IMG/VR virus record: IMGVR_UViG_3300044634_002252
Coordinates: 1-64,000 of that record
Reading direction: 5' to 3' (one strand)
Length of the DNA: 64,000 bases
DNA from: a virus
Position numbers and translations under genes: made by a program. The notes beneath the pieces are model-generated. The model was not told the DNA's origin, did no database searches, and saw only the letters and a program-made list of their open reading frames with translations. The number at the start of each line of letters is the position of its first letter. Position 1 is the stretch's first letter. Positions 58,670 through 64,000 of the stretch are shown piece after piece.

Positions 58670-58970
58670 TTAGCCACTCTTTCGCTTTCTTTCTTCTTTC
58701 AATTCTTTCAACCGTATCTTCTTCGATACGTGATTTAGATTCAATTAGTTTATCTATATTGCTTGCAAAGTTTTTCCAATTTGGAGTTGGGTGCACATCG
58801 AAGTAATACTCTAGCATTTCATAGCATACATGAATTCCATAAGAATCTATGATTGCATCTGCTGCCCAGGCTTCTGCCCATCTGTTAAGGTTTGGCTTTA
58901 TGTCATATTTGAACTTGTAGTGCTTTTCAAATTTGCTGAGCAAGGCCATTTGGTCTTTACGCTCAGCCAT
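58662..58970 (-). CDS. hypothetical protein
   Basis: ORF in replication operon. Confidence 0.7.
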   Translation of the reverse strand: MAERKDQMALLSKFEKHYKFKYDIKPNLNRWAEAWAADAIIDSYGIHVCYEMLEYYFDVHPTPNWKNFASNIDKLIESKSRIEEDTVERIERRKKAKEWLSE

Positions 58971-58971
58971 C

Positions 58972-59181
58972 CTACTTAGCCTCTACCTCAGCTGAAGCTT
59001 CTTTAACCTTGGAGGCAAGCTTGTCTTCAACAAAAGCATAGACACGCTCAAAGGCATCTCCAATGTTTTCGCCATCACGCTTGTTGTCCTGGATCTCTAC
59101 GTCAATTCGCAAAGACTGAAAGTTTCCTAGGTTAAGGGTATAGCCTAAAGCGACCCTTACCTTAGTTTCTTCGTTATTCAT
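58972..59181 (-). CDS. hypothetical protein (TLNLGNFQSLRID)
   Basis: Recurring phage replication-region motif. Confidence 0.75.
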   Translation of the reverse strand: MNNEETKVRVALGYTLNLGNFQSLRIDVEIQDNKRDGENIGDAFERVYAFVEDKLASKVKEASAEVEAK

Positions 59182-59193
59182 ACCCGTTTCTTT

Positions 59194-59724
59194 CTATATA
59201 GATTCTGACCAAATTGGAATGAATCTTCCATCTTCGGTTCTTGTATATGTCAGTATACCATCACCCATCCTTCTTGTCAACTCTTGAGTGGATGGAGTTA
59301 CATCATTTGTAATTAACTTATCTTTCCTAGGTCTTCCCATATGGTAGGATGCAAGTATATCACGAATCTCTCTTATTTGCGACTCTGAGTAGTAGCTTCT
59401 TACTTGCCACCCAGTGCTTCCACCCTTTTGAGATCCAGTTGGATGTGGAATTATACCACGCTTCATTAAATTTGGCAAATACTTTTTGTGACGATTTACA
59501 AGTTCAGCAGTTTGTCCAACAGTGTATGCCCTTTGCCTACTTTTTTTAAAATCTGAGATCAGACAGCTTTCTATTTGATCTTTAGTTATATTATAAACAG
59601 ACATAATTCCATTAGACTTATTTAAATGATGAACTCTTACAAGACTGTCATTTAAAAACCAAACTTTTTTGCTTCCAGGAATAACTGGAGCAGCGTTGTA
59701 GAGACTCATGTCCGTTAGTGGCAT
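59194..59724 (-). CDS. MerR-like HTH DNA-binding protein
   Basis: YTVGQTAELVNR...RSYYSE. Confidence 0.7.
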   Translation of the reverse strand: MPLTDMSLYNAAPVIPGSKKVWFLNDSLVRVHHLNKSNGIMSVYNITKDQIESCLISDFKKSRQRAYTVGQTAELVNRHKKYLPNLMKRGIIPHPTGSQKGGSTGWQVRSYYSESQIREIRDILASYHMGRPRKDKLITNDVTPSTQELTRRMGDGILTYTRTEDGRFIPIWSESI

Positions 59725-59732
59725 GAGTAATC

Positions 59733-60185
59733 CTAGCTTGGAATTCCTATTGCAAGAATATTAATTCCTATGGAGGCAGTACCGCTTGTTCCGAACCTTG
59801 CAACACCTTCTACCCTAGAGGTAGTCACCAAAGTCAGAACAACAGAAACGTCTCCACCACTTGCAGTACCAGATATGTTGATTGGTGTTGCTGTTACAAT
59901 TGGTGGATACTTAAAATCTGCTGCAGGGAAGTTGTAGGAGAAGCTAGCTGTAGACCCAGCAGTAACCTCTGTATTAGGCGATAGCTCATAATACCCACCA
60001 ACCATCCTACTGTCAGTAATACGCACATCCTGCCTACCAATGTTTGCTGCTGGGGTTTCGATTGAGCTAAACTTGTTGGAAGAGTAGGATGCCTGAGTCG
60101 ATAGCTGATTTACTGCATTTGCAAGCTGATAAATGTATGAAAGATCTAGAGGTTGCCCACGCTCTGGTACTGGAATATTTGCCAT
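59733..60185 (-). CDS. putative minor tail protein
   Basis: PERGQPLD, FKYPPIV, NILAIG; RBS AGGAG. Confidence 0.65.
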   Translation of the reverse strand: MANIPVPERGQPLDLSYIYQLANAVNQLSTQASYSSNKFSSIETPAANIGRQDVRITDSRMVGGYYELSPNTEVTAGSTASFSYNFPAADFKYPPIVTATPINISGTASGGDVSVVLTLVTTSRVEGVARFGTSGTASIGINILAIGIPS

Positions 60186-60204
60186 TATTTCTCCTAAACT
60201 AATA

Positions 60205-60627
60205 TTATACCAGAGGTATAACTCCTGATTCATAAATTTCTAATGCTTCGCTTCTGGTCTTGGCTATTCCAGATACCTGAATAGCGAACCTAAAGGAATC
60301 TTCTGCATTATTAATAAATGTATATGTATGAACAGATGATGTTCCATGATAAAAGTAGTTTTCATTATCAAACTTGACAAAGATGTCATACTGTGGACGA
60401 CTTTCCTCGTCTCCCCAAACAAGTGTAACCACTCTTCCATTTATAGAGTATTCTGCATCTACGGTTTGTGGTGGCTTAGCGTTTAAGGAAAAAACTGAAG
60501 ACCAGGAGGAAACCCTGTTTTTGTCGTCTGACACTATCCTATATCTTACTAGATATTTGTTTTCTGAGGTAACATCAGTCAAAGAGGATTTTGGGATTAC
60601 TACCTTTTTGATTCCTGCGTCTGCCAC
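60205..60627 (-). CDS. putative virion protein
   Basis: Beta-rich ORF in structural operon. Confidence 0.6.
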   Translation of the reverse strand: MADAGIKKVVIPKSSLTDVTSENKYLVRYRIVSDDKNRVSSWSSVFSLNAKPPQTVDAEYSINGRVVTLVWGDEESRPQYDIFVKFDNENYFYHGTSSVHTYTFINNAEDSFRFAIQVSGIAKTRSEALEIYESGVIPLV

Positions 60628-61802
60628 TACTCTACCCCAATTGCAATTCTAAACTCTATGTAGTTTGAAGTGTTTGAAGCTTTTACAATAGGTAAAGCTC
60701 CGTCCGACTTGACTACCGAATACCCTGTCAATCCATATAAAGGATTGGTTGTTGTCAAATTTTCAAGTTTCATTCCATCTAAAGCAATATAGTAATCCGA
60801 AGACGGCTCATCGTCTTTTGACACCTGGGCATAAATCCTTGCAGTGTTTGCAGTATTCCAGTTAAAACCAGAAGTATAATAAAGATTTTGAATTTCTTTT
60901 GAAACTACAAAATATCTGTTTTCAGAAAAGTCACCAACTTCGGGATCTTCTTCCTGAGTAGTAACAACACCGTTATCTATATTTACTGAAAAGCTTGCAT
61001 ATTGCTGAGGACTTGCTGATGAAAAGAATTTAACCAAAATCTTAACATTGTCTGGAACATTTGCATCTTCTCCATCTTTATTTATTAAAGAAAACGCAAG
61101 CTTAATTTTATCAGTTGGCGCATTTTTGCTAAAGCTAAATGATGTCTCTGCTCTTTCTATGTAGCTACCAGAAGTAATGGAGACGCCTTCCGTTATGCTA
61201 GATGCTAGCTGAGAACTGTCTCCAGCAATCATAATCATATTATTAAAGAATCTGCATCTTTCATTTCTGCCAACTCTTGTGCTATCTGTAAAGATTCTGT
61301 TATCCGCATTAGTATGGAATGTAGGAGTTTCGACCATTGTTCCATTTACAATATATTCTCCAGTAATTACGTTATTTCCAGCCGTATCTAGTGGCGCATA
61401 AACTGATGGAATCTCGTCTGATCCCTGCAGCTTCCAGCCTTCATTCTGATTAAACAAAAAAAAGTTTTTGCTGTCGAATGAGCCTGCAGAGGGGTTTGAT
61501 TGTGCTGGAAAAATTCCAACTTCTGTAATTTCATATCTCTCTTCTGTGGGCAATTCAGCAGTCAGCACTAGCTTTGTTAAATTATTTTCATTAATATATC
61601 CCTTTGAAATAATTGGAACACGAAACATCTCAAAGTCTAATGATTTTTTTTCTGAATATTCTGTTTTTTGAGAATTGGTAAATCCAGACTCTTCGCTATT
61701 CAGAGCCGATGGCCCACAGCCCACAGCAATATAAGAGGCATAAGCTGGTGCTTGTCCGATAAGGTATTTAGCCAATATACCTTTTCCAGTATTTGTAATC
61801 AT
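60627..61802 (-). CDS. putative tail/baseplate protein
   Basis: MITNTGK..YIAVG..ITEVG tail-collar-like N-terminus. Confidence 0.7.
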   Translation of the reverse strand: MITNTGKGILAKYLIGQAPAYASYIAVGCGPSALNSEESGFTNSQKTEYSEKKSLDFEMFRVPIISKGYINENNLTKLVLTAELPTEERYEITEVGIFPAQSNPSAGSFDSKNFFLFNQNEGWKLQGSDEIPSVYAPLDTAGNNVITGEYIVNGTMVETPTFHTNADNRIFTDSTRVGRNERCRFFNNMIMIAGDSSQLASSITEGVSITSGSYIERAETSFSFSKNAPTDKIKLAFSLINKDGEDANVPDNVKILVKFFSSASPQQYASFSVNIDNGVVTTQEEDPEVGDFSENRYFVVSKEIQNLYYTSGFNWNTANTARIYAQVSKDDEPSSDYYIALDGMKLENLTTTNPLYGLTGYSVVKSDGALPIVKASNTSNYIEFRIAIGVE

Positions 61803-62326
61803 TATGAAGACTCCTCAGAGTATATTGTATCATGTAGCTGGCCTATGTTGGAAATAACTTGCACTTCTACTTGCTCCTCTGGTTTCAGATTAATTAGATC
61901 TATAACCAAATCGCCAGTATTAGGGTCTACATAGACATACTTACAGTTTGGAACCTCAACGTCATCCAGGATATCATAGCCGCTACCGCATTCTGGAGTC
62001 TTGGTATAAATAGAAATTGCAAAATTCTTAAAATAGTCTTTGTCAGTTCTAGATAGCGGAACTATGTTTTCTGATCTATACTGATAGGCCAAGTCTGAAA
62101 GATTTTTTACAAGTTGGTATGTAACGTTTTGACCATTTATAATATCATTTCTAACAACGTTGATTATTTCTTGACCACCAATGTCTTCAAAAATAAGATC
62201 CACCATTACGTCTTCTGTAAGTGTGCTGTCAGAAAAGTTCAGCAGGTCTGGGGTAGCAATTTTTACGGAGCTGCTGGTGTTTGAGGCATAAGCTCTAGTT
62301 TCTGTTGATAATGGTCTAGAATCCAT
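61802..62326 (-). CDS. putative virion protein
   Basis: ORF in structural operon. Confidence 0.6.
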   Translation of the reverse strand: MDSRPLSTETRAYASNTSSSVKIATPDLLNFSDSTLTEDVMVDLIFEDIGGQEIINVVRNDIINGQNVTYQLVKNLSDLAYQYRSENIVPLSRTDKDYFKNFAISIYTKTPECGSGYDILDDVEVPNCKYVYVDPNTGDLVIDLINLKPEEQVEVQVISNIGQLHDTIYSEESS

Positions 62327-63999
62327 TATGCCACCTCACTTAAAAATACAGACATCTCTGGGCCGTCTGAGGATACTGAGTACTCTATCTGATAAACTAC
62401 AAACCTATCGCTATCGTCTGATACTTGATTTATATTGTTTGTATCCTTATAGTTAATATTAACAATATCTCCTAGCTGTAATATTGGCACTCCAAAAACA
62501 TTAACCCCAACAGATTTTCTTGGCTTCATAACTTTAGATATCATCCAAGACATTAGATTTTCTGCATCGTCATGTGACTGTATATATGGTGCATCTAGGG
62601 TAAAATCTTTTTTACCATGAGTTAGTCTGCTAACCTTTATGTCCTGATAATCTTGCTTAAATTTTGTTGGATAACTAACTAATTGCTGACCATCAAATTG
62701 TGGATTAGATAGGTCGCTATTTTTATCAAAGTATTCATCTACAGTTAGCTCGTGAGTAGACTGCTGAGTAAAGGTAACTCCCTGAATTCTTAAGTAGTTT
62801 CCGCTTGTCTCATCTAAACTTAATGCTGTGTCAGTTGCATTAAATATTAAGAACTCTGCTCCATATGCAGTAGCCATAAATCCAGAAGTAGTGTATCCCT
62901 TTATTTGATTAAATGTTGGAGATAGCTTTGCATAAAGAGCTGGAAAAGCTTTGTCATATCTTATATTGAAGTAAGCGGCCTCTCTCATAATTGTTCCAAA
63001 CTCTTCAAAATAGATGTTGTATCTTGGCGGTTCTGATGGGCTAATTCCAGATAGATATGTTGACTGCACTACGCCACTTAGGGCATACTTTCTAAATGAT
63101 TCATTCATGCTTATCTCCTCTCCAGAGAAGACGTCGCTTATTGGAGTATCCAGTGCATACGCTGTATTTTGAGAATAATTATTTGTAATTGCATAAATAT
63201 TTTCAAACATGGCTCTGGATCCACCACGAACAAATAAACACATGTTTCTGTGTATTGGCAATGGATTGTCGTCTACGACTGTAGCTATTAGCTTATTATT
63301 AATATATAAGAAGAATCTTCTAGATGTTCCAATATCCTGGTACTCAACTGCTAGGTCATAGACAGTTGGTTTGTCTTCATTCGCCATTCTATATTGACCA
63401 GTAAAATTACCATCATCTACTAAGATTTGTGCGAAGCCGCCAAATAGCTTTACTGGCATAGCTTTGGTTTCAGAGCTATTGGTTGACTTTGCTACCTTAT
63501 AGAATAATACATTGTGTATTTCGTCTGAGTTATCGTACGAATTTATGTTATTTTCGGTAAGTGCAACTATCTCAAAAAAGTATCCATTGTTTGTTTCTGG
63601 ATTTACTAAAATTCCTAGACCGCCACTGGCACCAGAAATTATTGATGCTTGGCTTGGTGTGCTTGATGATCCTAAATAGTAAGATGACGATCCAATTGGA
63701 GTTTGTGCACTATTTACATTATTCTCAACTTTGCCAACAATCCTCATCCTAGAGCCAAAGTGTTTATACTTATCATCTAAAGGTTTGTATACGTATGATA
63801 TAAAGTCTGTTGGAGTATCGGCAGTTGTGAATGCTGGACCAGTAAATACAAAAGCTGATGACTGGATTGTTCCAGGAGCCATGGACTCTTCTGAAACATT
63901 TTCTAGCTGAGGTTTATAGGTTAGAAAGTTTTTAAGAATTCCAGTTCTAGAAGAATTTTGTGCAAGAGAATTATTAGAACCAATTGCTCCAGAAATAAC
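62326..63999 (-). CDS. large tail protein, C-terminal part (5' end beyond window)
   Basis: Frame open to window edge; PYIQS..A, LQLGDIV tail-hub-like end. Confidence 0.7.
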   Translation of the reverse strand, partial: VISGAIGSNNSLAQNSSRTGILKNFLTYKPQLENVSEESMAPGTIQSSAFVFTGPAFTTADTPTDFISYVYKPLDDKYKHFGSRMRIVGKVENNVNSAQTPIGSSSYYLGSSSTPSQASIISGASGGLGILVNPETNNGYFFEIVALTENNINSYDNSDEIHNVLFYKVAKSTNSSETKAMPVKLFGGFAQILVDDGNFTGQYRMANEDKPTVYDLAVEYQDIGTSRRFFLYINNKLIATVVDDNPLPIHRNMCLFVRGGSRAMFENIYAITNNYSQNTAYALDTPISDVFSGEEISMNESFRKYALSGVVQSTYLSGISPSEPPRYNIYFEEFGTIMREAAYFNIRYDKAFPALYAKLSPTFNQIKGYTTSGFMATAYGAEFLIFNATDTALSLDETSGNYLRIQGVTFTQQSTHELTVDEYFDKNSDLSNPQFDGQQLVSYPTKFKQDYQDIKVSRLTHGKKDFTLDAPYIQSHDDAENLMSWMISKVMKPRKSVGVNVFGVPILQLGDIVNINYKDTNNINQVSDDSDRFVVYQIEYSVSSDGPEMSVFLSEVA

Positions 64000-64000
64000 T

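Overview
This window is a 64-kb segment of a large, AT-rich, tailed dsDNA phage that very probably infects Actinobacteria. The evidence is WhiB, class Ib RNR (nrdI-nrdE-nrdF plus nrdH), actinobacterial-type tRNA-Leu(TAA) and tRNA-CAT, and many leaderless promoters; the gene order recalls Streptomyces BE/BK-type and freshwater actinophages. Layout: 1-4.1 kb, small acidic early-type genes on +. 4.1-4.95 kb, a mostly non-coding repeat region with iteron-like motifs and four tandem DnaA boxes. 5-38 kb, accessory genes: glycosyl-, methyl-, sulfo- and carbamoyl-transferases, 2OG-Fe(II) oxygenases, cell-wall enzymes, secreted proteins, an RsmI-like enzyme and 7 tRNAs. 38.6-59.7 kb, RNR, terminase and a replication/recombination module (DnaE, DnaB, primase, SSB, RecA, Cas4-like, RuvC-like). 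59.7-64 kb, probable tail genes, the last one truncated. Most notable: (1) a ~50-nt covarying pseudoknot RNA present twice, each copy filling a spacer between two tRNAs; (2) the DnaA-box/iteron/G-tract region; (3) a large dispersed modification-enzyme toolkit; (4) a probable ATA start codon with a partly hairpin-occluded RBS. All calls come from reading motifs by eye; no database searches were run.
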